A DNA stretch of 64,000 nucleotides from Desulfomonilia bacterium (GTDB lineage: Bacteria; Desulfobacterota; Desulfomonilia; UBA1062): positions 416,001-480,000 of the forward strand of contig CAXXDQ010000004.1 in assembly GCA_963664325.2 (NCBI GenBank). The letters are read 5' to 3'. Below the pieces are notes generated by a model. The model did not search any database. It saw nothing but the letters and a program-made list of their open reading frames with translations, and was not told the DNA's origin. Made by a program: the position numbers and the translations under genes. Shown here one piece after another: positions 9,709 to 19,483 of this stretch. Position 1 is the stretch's first letter; the number at the start of each line of letters is the position of its first letter.

Positions 9709-10800
9709 ATGACGGGCAGGGAAAGAATACTGACAGCACTGGAGCGCCGGGAACCGGACCGCGTTCCTGTTTGGGAAATGGCTTTCAATGAGGAGTCGAT
9801 CATCAAGATCGGAAAATTTTTCACCGATGATCTGCCGCCTATGAAATTTGCAAGCCAGATGACAATGGAGGAGAAAATCAAGCTCCTCAATACCCTGTTC
9901 ACATTTGCCAAGGCCTTGGAACTGGACGGCCTCACTTCGATCACGCTGCCCGTCACGGAAAAGATCGACGAGGAACACTACAAAGACGGCTGGGGCCGCG
10001 TTCTTTATGTAGCCGGAGAAGGGGAAGCGACAGCCGTGGGAGGACCCGTTTCAGGACCTGATGACCTTAAGGGGCTCAAAATATACCACCCGCAGGATAT
10101 GGATTTCCTTATGCTGATGGCATCGACAGGCGGCATGGGAAAGGATATAGCACAGGTCTTTGTCCAGCCTGGACCCTTCCGTGAAAGCTGGTCGCTACTG
10201 GGGAGCATGGAGAAGCTTCTGTTTTATTACATTAAAAAACCATCTTTCGTGCTGGATCTGGCCCGTATAGTGACTGATTACATATTGGAGGTGGTTGATA
10301 AGGCAGCGGCGCTTGGAGCGGATGTTTTTGCCCTGGACGGCGATCTCGCCTTCAACCAGACGACCCTGATGTCACCGGCCCAGTACAGGCAGTTCATCTT
10401 TCCGTTCCATAAGGAGATCGTCGCGCGTGCTCATGAGCGGGGACTCAAAATCATCAAGCACTCAGACGGCAACATGGGACCTATCCTTGCGGATATCGCG
10501 GCAGCGGGTTTTGACGGCTTCCACCCCAACCAGCCCCAGTGCATGGATATAGGAGAGGTGAAGGCCCGCTTTGGAGACCGCCTTTGCCTGCTGGGAAATA
10601 TCGACTGCACGTATCTCCTTCCCTTCGGTACAGAGGAAGAGGTGGAACAGACCGTCAAAGAAACGATTGCTAAAGCGGCGCCCGGGGGAGGCTACATCAT
10701 AAGCTCATCCAATTCCATCCATCCTGGCTGCAAACCGGAAAATTACCTGGCCATGGTAAGGGCGGCGCGCAAATATGGAACATATCCCATTGGAGTCTGA
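9709..10800 (+). CDS. Uroporphyrinogen decarboxylase-fold protein (MtaA/CmuA-like corrinoid methyltransferase)
   Basis: MTGRERILTAL...PDRVP start, HSDGN, GNID, GGGYIISSSNSIH; adjacent to a corrinoid protein; RBS GAGGAG. Confidence 0.85.
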   Translation: MTGRERILTALERREPDRVPVWEMAFNEESIIKIGKFFTDDLPPMKFASQMTMEEKIKLLNTLFTFAKALELDGLTSITLPVTEKIDEEHYKDGWGRVLYVAGEGEATAVGGPVSGPDDLKGLKIYHPQDMDFLMLMASTGGMGKDIAQVFVQPGPFRESWSLLGSMEKLLFYYIKKPSFVLDLARIVTDYILEVVDKAAALGADVFALDGDLAFNQTTLMSPAQYRQFIFPFHKEIVARAHERGLKIIKHSDGNMGPILADIAAAGFDGFHPNQPQCMDIGEVKARFGDRLCLLGNIDCTYLLPFGTEEEVEQTVKETIAKAAPGGGYIISSSNSIHPGCKPENYLAMVRAARKYGTYPIGV

Positions 10801-10908
10801 TAAACAGGCGAATGGCATCATATGGCCGGCTGCAGGTTCCTAACGTAGCTGTATCGGCCGGCGAGGCTGGCTGATAAAACGGAATAAATACAATGAAGGA
10901 GACAGGCA

Positions 10909-11535
10909 ATGGTTAAAACGCTGGAAGATATAAGAAATGCTGTTCAGACAGGGGATGAAGATAAGGTTAAAACACTTGTGGAAGAGGCCATCCGTGAGGG
11001 GCTTACACCTCGGGAGATTCTGGAAGAGGCCATGATGCCTGCTATGGAGGAAATCGGCGGACGTTTCGCCCAGGGCGAAGCCTTCATTCCGGAACTGATC
11101 GTAGCGGCACACGCCATGGAAGAGGGGATGGCCGCCCTGAAAGCCCGATTTGAAGGAACGATAAAGGATCGCGGGAAGGTGGTCCTGGGTACCGTAGAGG
11201 GAGATATCCATTCCATAGGCAAGAACCTCGTCCGGATGTGCATGGAAGGTGCCGGCTATGAGGTCATCGATCTGGGCGAGGGCGTAAAAACAGAGAAATT
11301 CGTTGAGGCCTATACAAACATGAAACCGGATGTCCTTGGCCTGTCAGCCCTTTTAAGTTCGACTATGCTCTATATGAAAAAGACAATCGATGCCATCCGG
11401 GCCATTGATCCCGACGCCCGAATCGTCGTGGGCGGAACCCCGGTAACCCAGGCGTTTGCAGATCAGATCGGGGCCAGCGGGTATGCCCCGGACGCTTTTA
11501 CAGCCGTTCAGTGCATCCAGGGCCTTCTGGAATAG
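10909..11535 (+). CDS. Cobalamin-binding corrinoid protein (MtaC-like)
   Basis: Cap domain (MEEIGGRF...FIPE) and B12-binding GDIHSIGKNLV, LSAL, VGG motifs. Confidence 0.93.
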   Translation: MVKTLEDIRNAVQTGDEDKVKTLVEEAIREGLTPREILEEAMMPAMEEIGGRFAQGEAFIPELIVAAHAMEEGMAALKARFEGTIKDRGKVVLGTVEGDIHSIGKNLVRMCMEGAGYEVIDLGEGVKTEKFVEAYTNMKPDVLGLSALLSSTMLYMKKTIDAIRAIDPDARIVVGGTPVTQAFADQIGASGYAPDAFTAVQCIQGLLE

Positions 11536-11546
11536 GCCGACATAAC

Positions 11547-12944
11547 TCAACAATCCAGGTTTAACCCTTCAGGAAGGTCTTCTTTCCGTTCAAGGAAGCG
11601 GTACTGCCTGTAGGAAACCTCAAGCGCCCTGACTGCCTCTTCCGGCGATTCGAACAGCGGCACATTGTATGTATGCCTGTAGTTCATGGTTCTTTCTGCA
11701 GAATTAGGTGTATATATAGCCGCAGGTTTTCCATATTTATGGCACTTTGCCACAAGCTCCTTGATTGCTTCTATAACCATAGGATGCCACAGGCTGGGCA
11801 CTGCAAGCAGGCCGTCGACCTCGTTGGAATTAAGCAGGATGTCGAATATTTCCTGGAAAGTGCTCATGGATATGGCAGGCCCGAGGTCTATGGGATTTGT
11901 TAAATTAAAAAGATGGCCGGTTTTGCTCAGCTTAAAACGGGTTTCAACCGAAAGCGATGCCATTTCCAGTCCGGCCTCGACAAGCAGGTCTGCCGTTATG
12001 CCTCCGAAGGCCCCGGAATTGGTGAACACCGCTATCTTTTTGCCTTTCAGCAGGGGCATTGAAGTAAAGATTTTAGGCAGGGAATGGAGTTCGGTTATGC
12101 TTTTTAAACGGATAATACCGGCCTGTGAACAGGCTTTTTCAAACACGGTATCATTGTTTGCCATACCCGCGGTGTGCGACATGGCAGCCTTTGATCCTTC
12201 AGAGGTGCGGCCGACCTTGAAGGCCAGCATGGGCTTTTCCACTTTTGATGCCGTTTCAATCAGCTTGCGTCCGTTCTTGACATTTTCAAGGTACAACCCG
12301 ATTACCTGAGTGGAATCGTCCCTGCTGAAATATTCAATCATATCTGCTTCATCGATGTCCGATTTATTCCCGATGCTGACTACCTTGTTAACCTTGACGA
12401 TGTCCTTATGGAACGATTCAAGGATAATAACGACAATTCCGCCGCTCTGAATAATGTAAGAGATGCTTCCCTTGCTGTGGGCGAACGTATCAAAATCTTC
12501 CTGGGTGATCCCGTAGAAGCAGCAGAACTTGTTTTGCGTATTGAGCACACCAAGACAGTTCGGCCCCATAATGCGAATGCCGTGGCTCTTTGCCGTGGCC
12601 GAGATCTCTTTCTGATACGCCAGCCCGTCCAGTCCCCCCTCTGAAAAACCCGAACTCTCAATAATTATGTGTTTGATACCTTTTGCCGCGCATTGCTTTA
12701 CAAATTCAGGGACTGTAGGGGCAGGGGAAATTATCACTGCAAGTTCGACATCTCCTGGTATGTCGGTAACGCTTACATATCCGTTGCAGCCGTGTACGCT
12801 TTCGCCTTTGCGGTTCACGGCATAAACATTTCCGGTGAACAGGGAGTAAAGCTTGATTGTCTGGATAATTGTTGCACCGAGGTTGAAAAGGGAATTTGAA
12901 GCGCCGATTACTACTACCGATTTCGGATTGAAGAAGACATCCAT
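11547..12944 (-). CDS. CoA-binding (alpha) subunit of ADP-forming acyl-CoA synthetase family
   Basis: FFNPKSVVVIGAS, IMGPNCLG, QSGG, GNKSD, phospho-His motif SHTAG, NPIDL; no fused ATP-grasp domain; start at MDVFF (12944). Confidence 0.88.
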   Translation of the reverse strand: MDVFFNPKSVVVIGASNSLFNLGATIIQTIKLYSLFTGNVYAVNRKGESVHGCNGYVSVTDIPGDVELAVIISPAPTVPEFVKQCAAKGIKHIIIESSGFSEGGLDGLAYQKEISATAKSHGIRIMGPNCLGVLNTQNKFCCFYGITQEDFDTFAHSKGSISYIIQSGGIVVIILESFHKDIVKVNKVVSIGNKSDIDEADMIEYFSRDDSTQVIGLYLENVKNGRKLIETASKVEKPMLAFKVGRTSEGSKAAMSHTAGMANNDTVFEKACSQAGIIRLKSITELHSLPKIFTSMPLLKGKKIAVFTNSGAFGGITADLLVEAGLEMASLSVETRFKLSKTGHLFNLTNPIDLGPAISMSTFQEIFDILLNSNEVDGLLAVPSLWHPMVIEAIKELVAKCHKYGKPAAIYTPNSAERTMNYRHTYNVPLFESPEEAVRALEVSYRQYRFLERKEDLPEGLNLDC

Positions 12945-13133
12945 AGCTGAAAAAGTCCTTTTGACGGGACAGATACAATCGGTTAAGAAAAATGTCAATT
13001 AATCTTAGTATTTCAAAAGGCCCATCTGTTTGATTTTTTAGCGGCATTGGCATATAAATAAAAACTCCTGAACCGGGACAGAGCAGACGGTTTATAAAAA
13101 CTTCCGGTAAAAAAACAAGAGGAGGAACAAATC

Positions 13134-13730
13134 TTGAAACGAGCCCTTATTGCAGTAACAGTGATGGTTGCCTTTGCGTGTACCGCTTATGCGGCGGATA
13201 CACAGAAACCTGCCAAAACATCAGGGAAAAATCCGGTTGTACTGGTTCAGACCAGCATGGGAAATATAAAACTGGAGCTGTTCGAAAAAGAAGCGCCCTT
13301 AAGTGTGAAAAACTTCCTGGCCTATGTAAAATCCGGTTTTTACTCGGGCACCATTTTCCACCGGGTGATCCCGAACTTCATGATACAGGGTGGAGGGTTC
13401 ACGGTGGATTTTAAGGAGAAGCCCACAAATCCTCCGATAAAGAACGAGGCCGGAAACGGCATCAAGAACGCGCGCGGCACGCTTGCAATGGCCCGTACAT
13501 TTATTGTTGACTCGGCCTCTGCACAGTTTTTCATCAACGTGAGAGATAACGATTTTCTGAATCACAGCAGCAACTCCATGCAGGGTTACGGCTATGCCGT
13601 TTTCGGCAAGGTGATTGAAGGCATGGATGTAGTGGATAAGATAGCAGCGGTCCCTACAGGCATGCACGGTGATTTTTCCGATGTCCCCAAGAAAGAGATC
13701 CTTATCGATTCCATGAAAGTGCTCAAATAG
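13134..13730 (+). CDS. ppiA: Periplasmic cyclophilin-type peptidyl-prolyl cis-trans isomerase
   Basis: Signal peptide; FHRVIPNFMIQGGG, GTLAMAR, QFFIN, YAVFGKV. Confidence 0.95.
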   Translation: MKRALIAVTVMVAFACTAYAADTQKPAKTSGKNPVVLVQTSMGNIKLELFEKEAPLSVKNFLAYVKSGFYSGTIFHRVIPNFMIQGGGFTVDFKEKPTNPPIKNEAGNGIKNARGTLAMARTFIVDSASAQFFINVRDNDFLNHSSNSMQGYGYAVFGKVIEGMDVVDKIAAVPTGMHGDFSDVPKKEILIDSMKVLK

Positions 13731-13850
13731 CATTAAGCGGTTATCTGCGGTTTGCTGCAGGCCTTCTGTCGCCGCGGGCAATGGTATAATCTTTGTCCGT
13801 GGCGATGTTTTAACTTGCAAATGAACGGATTTTGATGCTAAACGCCCGCT

Positions 13851-13931
13851 ATGAAAAATTCATTACCACATCATATTAATGTTCATGAAAGTCCTGAACA
13901 CTGGATTAATTCAGGAAACACGCCACCCTGA
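13851..13931 (+). other. Putative 26-aa leader peptide (uORF) upstream of prfC
   Basis: MKNSLPHHINVHESPEHWINSGNTPP*; ATG about 7 nt after a TTGCAA-N18-TAAACG promoter-like sequence. Confidence 0.3.
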
Positions 13932-14057
13932 TATTATAAGACCTTTTATTTATCGGAAGATTAATTCTTTTCTAAGGCCAGAGGATTTCAGAAGGTTTTC
14001 GGATTGAGCTTCTAATAAAAACCCGGCAAAGCCGAACAGTAAAAAAGGTAGAACAAT

Positions 14058-15674
14058 ATGACTAGTATGAATAATGAAATCAACAGGCGCAGGACATTGG
14101 CGATTGTCTCGCATCCCGATGCGGGCAAGACGACCCTTACGGAAAAGCTGCTCCTCTACGGCGGAGCCGTGCAGCTGGCGGGTTCTGTCAAGGCCAGGAA
14201 AAACCAGCGTTCCACAACTTCGGACTGGATGGAACTCGAACGCCAGCGCGGGATTTCCATCAGCTCGACCGTGCTCTCTTTCGAATATAACGGGCATCTC
14301 ATCAACCTGCTTGATACCCCCGGGCACAAGGATTTTTCAGAAGACACCTACCGCGTGCTGACTGCCGTTGATGCGGCAATAATGGTCATTGATGCTGGAA
14401 AAGGTATCGAAAGCCAGACGAAAAAACTCTTTGAAGTCTGCAGGATGCGGGGCATCCCCATATTCACCTTCATGAACAAGATGGACAGGCCGTCACGGGA
14501 CCCTCTGGAACTGCTGGATGAGCTTGAAAGTGTTCTGGGGATAGGGGCTTATCCAATAAACTGGCCTTTGGGCACAGGGCCTCAATTCAAGGGGATATGG
14601 GACAGGCGGACAAAGCTGGCCCATTTCTTCGAACGTACACCGGGAGGTTCTTTCCGGGCGCCTGTTTCAACCTTCGGCCTGACAGATCCGGTCGTCAAGG
14701 ATCAGCTTGATGAAGCGACTTATAAAAACGTATGCGAAGAGCTGGAAATGCTGGACGGAGCCGGTACGTATTACAGACAGACCGAGGTGCTTGACGGAAG
14801 GATCACACCGGTCTTTTTCGGGAGTGCATCGAATAACTTCGGCGTACAGCTCCTGCTTGACGGGTTTATCGAACAATCGGCGCCGCCCATGCCGCGCATG
14901 AGCCGGGGTTTTCCAGTAAAGCCCGAAACCGATACATTCTCGGGGTTTGTTTTCAAGATTCACGCCAACATGGACCCGAACCACCGTGACAGGATTGTGT
15001 TCATCCGGATCGTATCGGGCTGTTTCACCCGGGATATGACGGTGACTCATGTGCCGAGCGGTAAGAAGCTCAGGCTTTCCAATTCGAACAAGATATTCGG
15101 CCGCGACAGAGAGACCGTCGACGAGGCGTATCCGGGAGATGTCATCGGAATCGCCGGCGCTAAAACTCTTTCCATAGGGGATACACTCACTGAAGATCCC
15201 GGAGTGATGTTTAACGAAATTCCGCGGTTTCCTCCCGAATGTTTCGCCTTTCTTCACAATGAGATCCCGTCCAATTATAAACGGTTCTACGATGGATTGA
15301 ACCAGTTGCTTGCAGAGGGAGTGGTGCATGTCTTTGAACTGCCCGATGCCGCACAAAAAAAACCTCTTCTTGCAGCTGTCGGGCCTTTGCAGTTCGAGAT
15401 CGTAAAATACCGGCTGGAATCGGAATACGGGGCGTCTTCCCGTCTTGAAATAGCGGACTGGACTCTGGCCAGGTGGTTCAAGGACCCTGCCGTCAATACT
15501 GAAAACCTTCAGCTGCCGACAGGCTCGAAAATAGCCAGAGACCGTACGGGACAGTCTGTACTGCTGCTTCCCACGGAATGGAACCTGAGATATTTCATCC
15601 AGAACAACAAGGATGTCGAACTGAGCGAATACCCGGCGACGGCGCCTGAAGACGCATTGCAGAGGGTCGCTTAA
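14058..15674 (+). CDS. prfC: Peptide chain release factor 3
   Basis: RRTLAIVSHPDAGKTTLTEKLL, SDWMELERQRGIS, DTPGHKDFSEDTYR, NKMD, VGPLQFE. Confidence 0.97.
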   Translation: MTSMNNEINRRRTLAIVSHPDAGKTTLTEKLLLYGGAVQLAGSVKARKNQRSTTSDWMELERQRGISISSTVLSFEYNGHLINLLDTPGHKDFSEDTYRVLTAVDAAIMVIDAGKGIESQTKKLFEVCRMRGIPIFTFMNKMDRPSRDPLELLDELESVLGIGAYPINWPLGTGPQFKGIWDRRTKLAHFFERTPGGSFRAPVSTFGLTDPVVKDQLDEATYKNVCEELEMLDGAGTYYRQTEVLDGRITPVFFGSASNNFGVQLLLDGFIEQSAPPMPRMSRGFPVKPETDTFSGFVFKIHANMDPNHRDRIVFIRIVSGCFTRDMTVTHVPSGKKLRLSNSNKIFGRDRETVDEAYPGDVIGIAGAKTLSIGDTLTEDPGVMFNEIPRFPPECFAFLHNEIPSNYKRFYDGLNQLLAEGVVHVFELPDAAQKKPLLAAVGPLQFEIVKYRLESEYGASSRLEIADWTLARWFKDPAVNTENLQLPTGSKIARDRTGQSVLLLPTEWNLRYFIQNNKDVELSEYPATAPEDALQRVA

Positions 15675-15693
15675 CAGAGAAATGCCCGGATTA

Positions 15694-16533
15694 TTATATA
15701 GGCTTCATGCCCAGGATTTTCCGGGCCTCTTCGGGGGTTGCCACTTCGCGCCCGATCTCACGCGCAAGTCGAACCACCCTTTCAGCCAGCTGGGCGTTGC
15801 TTTTTGCGAGCTCCCCTTTTTTATAATAGATGTTGTCCTCAAGGCCGACCCGGACGTTTCCGCCCATAATCAATGAAGCCACGTTCATCTCCATCTGAAA
15901 GCGCCCTATCCCGGATACGTTGAAGATCGAGCCTTCCGGCAGGAGATCTATCATGGAAAGCAGGTTTTTTGTCGTTCCGGCATATCCGCCCATGCCGTCA
16001 ACGCCCATGACGCAGTTAATGTAATAAGGCTTTTTGAGCAGGTTTTTCCTGATAAGGTTTTCGACTTCGCCGAACATCGACGGATTGTAAACTTCCAGTT
16101 CGGGCTTGATGTCCAGTTCAATCATTTTAGCGGCGAACGCCTCTATTTCACTGCGCAGGTTCATGAACAGGCTTTCCTTTTTCTCTTTTCCAATGAAAAA
16201 CACAACGGAACCCATATTGAGAGATGCGGATTCGGGCCCGGCATTGAGGCTTAAAACCCGTTCATTTATCGGGATGCCAACACCGCCGGTCGTATTCTGT
16301 ATGATGACAGGGCATTTCGCCCTGATGCCTGAATTGATCTCCTTGAATATTTCGGCGTTGCCTATGCTTCGGCCCTGTTTATCCCGGGCATGCAGGTGAA
16401 CGATAGAAACTCCTGCATTATAGCAGTCGTAAGCATCCTTTATGATTTCATCAGGCTGCTCGGGCAGGTTCGGGTTTGCCTCCTTGCCCTGCATCGCTCC
16501 TGTGAGCGCCGCAGTTATTATAAGTTTTTCCAT
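15694..16533 (-). CDS. Beta-keto acid cleavage enzyme (BKACE/DUF849, Kce-like)
   Basis: LIITAALTGA, HLHARD metal motif, TTGG, SLNMGS, VRVGLEDN. Confidence 0.92.
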   Translation of the reverse strand: MEKLIITAALTGAMQGKEANPNLPEQPDEIIKDAYDCYNAGVSIVHLHARDKQGRSIGNAEIFKEINSGIRAKCPVIIQNTTGGVGIPINERVLSLNAGPESASLNMGSVVFFIGKEKKESLFMNLRSEIEAFAAKMIELDIKPELEVYNPSMFGEVENLIRKNLLKKPYYINCVMGVDGMGGYAGTTKNLLSMIDLLPEGSIFNVSGIGRFQMEMNVASLIMGGNVRVGLEDNIYYKKGELAKSNAQLAERVVRLAREIGREVATPEEARKILGMKPI

Positions 16534-16626
16534 TGCCGCCTCCTGTCGTTTGTTCAGATTCTTCGAGGTTTTTTATCTCCGATGTTTTGGCCATATTTGT
16601 CAAGATGAAGTGACAAGGTGGAACTT

Positions 16627-19266
16627 CTACTTTATTAAAATTCTCAGGGGCCTGCTTTTCGATATGGTTATCTTGTTATCAAGCAGAAGTTCTCCCTTTT
16701 TCTGAACAAAGCCGATCTCTGTTTCGCCAAGCAATAATTTCTTTACCGTACTTTTTGAAAGGTAAGGAAGATTGATGCGGCGCAGAATGAGGTTGCCGTA
16801 AAGCACTCTGATCTCGGTAAATACTTTTTGCTTGTACACTTCACCCCAGCCAGAGGAGAGTGACCAGAAGCATCTGAATCGGTCATGAGTATGCCAGATG
16901 ACTGGATTGAAGCCGATCAGGCCCTTGGCCGTATCGAATTCAAATCCGCTGAACGCGTTAAGCAGGGCATAACTCGCCATTGACCGGGCATAATTGCTGC
17001 CGCATTCAAACTCGTTGAACGGGTTGCGCTTTTCGCCGTCGTAGCGCTCGCGCACGGCTTTCACGACAGACATGCCTTCCTTGACCATGCCTCTCTGTAT
17101 CATATGGCCAGCAGCCGCATATTCATAGCCGTTCTGCGTTTCCTGCGAATAGGTCAAAGGGATCGAAGGCCGGGGCCTTTTACCTGGCCACTCGCAAACG
17201 ATCAGCCCCTTTTCGTCGTTAATGCAGTATACCCGGCAGGGGTTGGGAAAATCGCGCATGGATTTAAAGTTGTATTTGTAAAGGGAAGCGAGAGATTTTT
17301 TTGTCTGTACAGGGTCGAAGATTTCACCGAGCCCATACAGGTTCGCATGCCACTGTGCAAGCACCTGGTCGATGTCGCACCCCTGACCTATCTGATATTT
17401 GATCTCAGCGTGCTCTGCATCCCAGTATTCACCTGCAGCATCGAATTTTTCAGGAATGGTTTTGTCTTTCAGATCAATAAGCTGGCAATAATATTCTCCG
17501 CCATAAAGGTTGGCATCAGCCCAGGCCTTTCCTTTCCTGAACAGGGTCATATATTCCGAGGCCGTAACCGTTTCACCTAGATGGTCGGCCATTTCAGCTC
17601 CGGCCTTCAGGGCCGCCAGGTAAAATCCCGTCAGCCATGAGTTCGGGCCGAACAGCTCCATGTCGAGCGTATGATGCTGGCGCCCCTGAAGTACCCCCGT
17701 TTTTTCCGGGTCCCATGCGTCTATATTGGTTTCAGCCCAGGCAAACTCGATGGACTTCCTGACTGCAGGCCAGATGTTTTTCAGCCAGGTCGTGTCACCG
17801 CTTATTTTCCAGTCGCGGTAAACCTTGAGTACATTTCCGAAAAGCCCGTCTGCGCAGGACCTTCCGCCCTGGTCGTCAGAGCCTACAGAGCCGCCCGCTC
17901 CCCCGGGATGCATAATTCCCAGGGGCAGTTTGAGGCGGAATGGCATGCCGCCGTTTGGCTGCTGGTTGTAGCGATAATCGGCGTCCCGCATGGACCTCTC
18001 AAGTTTCGGAAAAAGAAACGGAAGGGCCTGGGCGTAGTTCCAGACATGAGTGCACGAGCCCTCACAGCAGCCTGTATTGCAGAAGCATCCCTCCCACCCG
18101 TAAAAGGTCCCGTCTTCAAGCCTCATGACGGACGGTGATTTGAGTACGGACAGGTTTGACGATACGGCTTCGATAGCCTCAACCGGCAGGTCGGAAGCCC
18201 AAAGAGCGTTCTTGAAAAGAAGAGTCTCTTTGTAAAGGCGGTCCTGGTTTTTAAGAGCGTAGATGCCGCTTTCCTTCGAATCCTTCCATATGATTGCATA
18301 GTAGTTCTTCCATGTTAACGGTATGCCCGCTTTTTTTGCGAGTTCCGTGGCGTTAGCGTCCCAGTAGTTCTGGCAGTTGGGAAAGTTCCAGCTGATGACA
18401 AATCTGACGCTTTTTCTTGCTCCGGGTTTAATCAACATATGCGCAGCAAGCGTGCCGTGATTATATCCTCCGGCCTGCTCCGGACTGTATATGCGGTTAG
18501 CAAGCCTGCCGGGCGTGGTCATGTCCTTCCAGTAGATTTCAAGGCTGTCGAACCAGTTGCCCCTGTACCAGTACTGCTGGGCGCTAACATCTTTTGCGTC
18601 GGTCGAAATGCACAGATCGCCGAATCCCGGGTCAATGGGCTTGAAGAAATCGGCTGTCATGAACAGGGAAGTAATGCCGTCTTCTTTTGAAATCATGTTG
18701 CTGCTCACTCCGGGCAGCGAGTTTGTCAGAGTTCCCGTGATTGTATAAAGAACCGGTTTTGAGTATGTGTTTTTAACCTCGATATCGAAAAAGGCCGCCG
18801 GGATGCCGGAATCCATGTCGTTAAGGGGAATGAACGGATTGAACGCTGTCAAGATCACATTTCCCGGAAACCTCTTTTCTTTAAAATCAAGCTTGGCGAT
18901 CGGATATTCTCCGGTGAATTCGACCGATCTGAAATGGGGAAGGCCTGCCAGGAATTCCCTCGCCGGACCGAAGCCATAGCCGGTGCCGCTGCCCGTATAT
19001 GGCGGGTGCAGGTCTCCGTTCAGTATCCTGGCATCCAGGATTTTACCGCCGCTTTCCGCCCTGACAGCAAAATGTGAAAAGCCGTTTACACTGCCCTTGT
19101 TGGGCCGGTTGAAGATCTCCCAGTCGATCAGCCTGCCGTTTCCTGCAAGTCCGATGCAGCCAGACCCGATGCCGCCGATAGGGAAGCTTATTTCTTTAAG
19201 TTGCTGCTTTCTGTATATGCGGGGAGAGCCTTTTTCATGGTTATTTTTAGCGGATTGCCGTGCCAT
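16627..19266 (-). CDS. GH116 glycoside hydrolase (GBA2-like beta-glucosidase/glucosylceramidase family)
   Basis: PIGGIGSG N-terminus, [43 protein letters not shown]; 879 aa. Confidence 0.85.
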   Translation of the reverse strand: MARQSAKNNHEKGSPRIYRKQQLKEISFPIGGIGSGCIGLAGNGRLIDWEIFNRPNKGSVNGFSHFAVRAESGGKILDARILNGDLHPPYTGSGTGYGFGPAREFLAGLPHFRSVEFTGEYPIAKLDFKEKRFPGNVILTAFNPFIPLNDMDSGIPAAFFDIEVKNTYSKPVLYTITGTLTNSLPGVSSNMISKEDGITSLFMTADFFKPIDPGFGDLCISTDAKDVSAQQYWYRGNWFDSLEIYWKDMTTPGRLANRIYSPEQAGGYNHGTLAAHMLIKPGARKSVRFVISWNFPNCQNYWDANATELAKKAGIPLTWKNYYAIIWKDSKESGIYALKNQDRLYKETLLFKNALWASDLPVEAIEAVSSNLSVLKSPSVMRLEDGTFYGWEGCFCNTGCCEGSCTHVWNYAQALPFLFPKLERSMRDADYRYNQQPNGGMPFRLKLPLGIMHPGGAGGSVGSDDQGGRSCADGLFGNVLKVYRDWKISGDTTWLKNIWPAVRKSIEFAWAETNIDAWDPEKTGVLQGRQHHTLDMELFGPNSWLTGFYLAALKAGAEMADHLGETVTASEYMTLFRKGKAWADANLYGGEYYCQLIDLKDKTIPEKFDAAGEYWDAEHAEIKYQIGQGCDIDQVLAQWHANLYGLGEIFDPVQTKKSLASLYKYNFKSMRDFPNPCRVYCINDEKGLIVCEWPGKRPRPSIPLTYSQETQNGYEYAAAGHMIQRGMVKEGMSVVKAVRERYDGEKRNPFNEFECGSNYARSMASYALLNAFSGFEFDTAKGLIGFNPVIWHTHDRFRCFWSLSSGWGEVYKQKVFTEIRVLYGNLILRRINLPYLSKSTVKKLLLGETEIGFVQKKGELLLDNKITISKSRPLRILIK

Positions 19267-19305
19267 GCTTGCCTCCTTGCCAATGTCTTATGATTTTCAT
19301 CGTTG

Positions 19306-19336
19306 ACCGGCCTTTTCTGAAAAGGGCCGGTTTTTT
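19306..19336 (+). terminator. GC-rich hairpin with T-tract on the + strand
   Basis: ACCGGCCTTTT-CTG-AAAAGGGCCGGT followed by TTTTT. Confidence 0.5.
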
Positions 19337-19483
19337 CGGGAGATTGAAGTATAAGTTTTTTTAGATAGGTTTCCAATAAGATTTCTCTGAAATTTCGGGA
19401 AGAAAAATAAGGCAACTTTTTATTCGGAAAAACCAAAATGAAGAAACAGCTCCTGCTGGGCTTTATAGATACAAATCCGGTGA

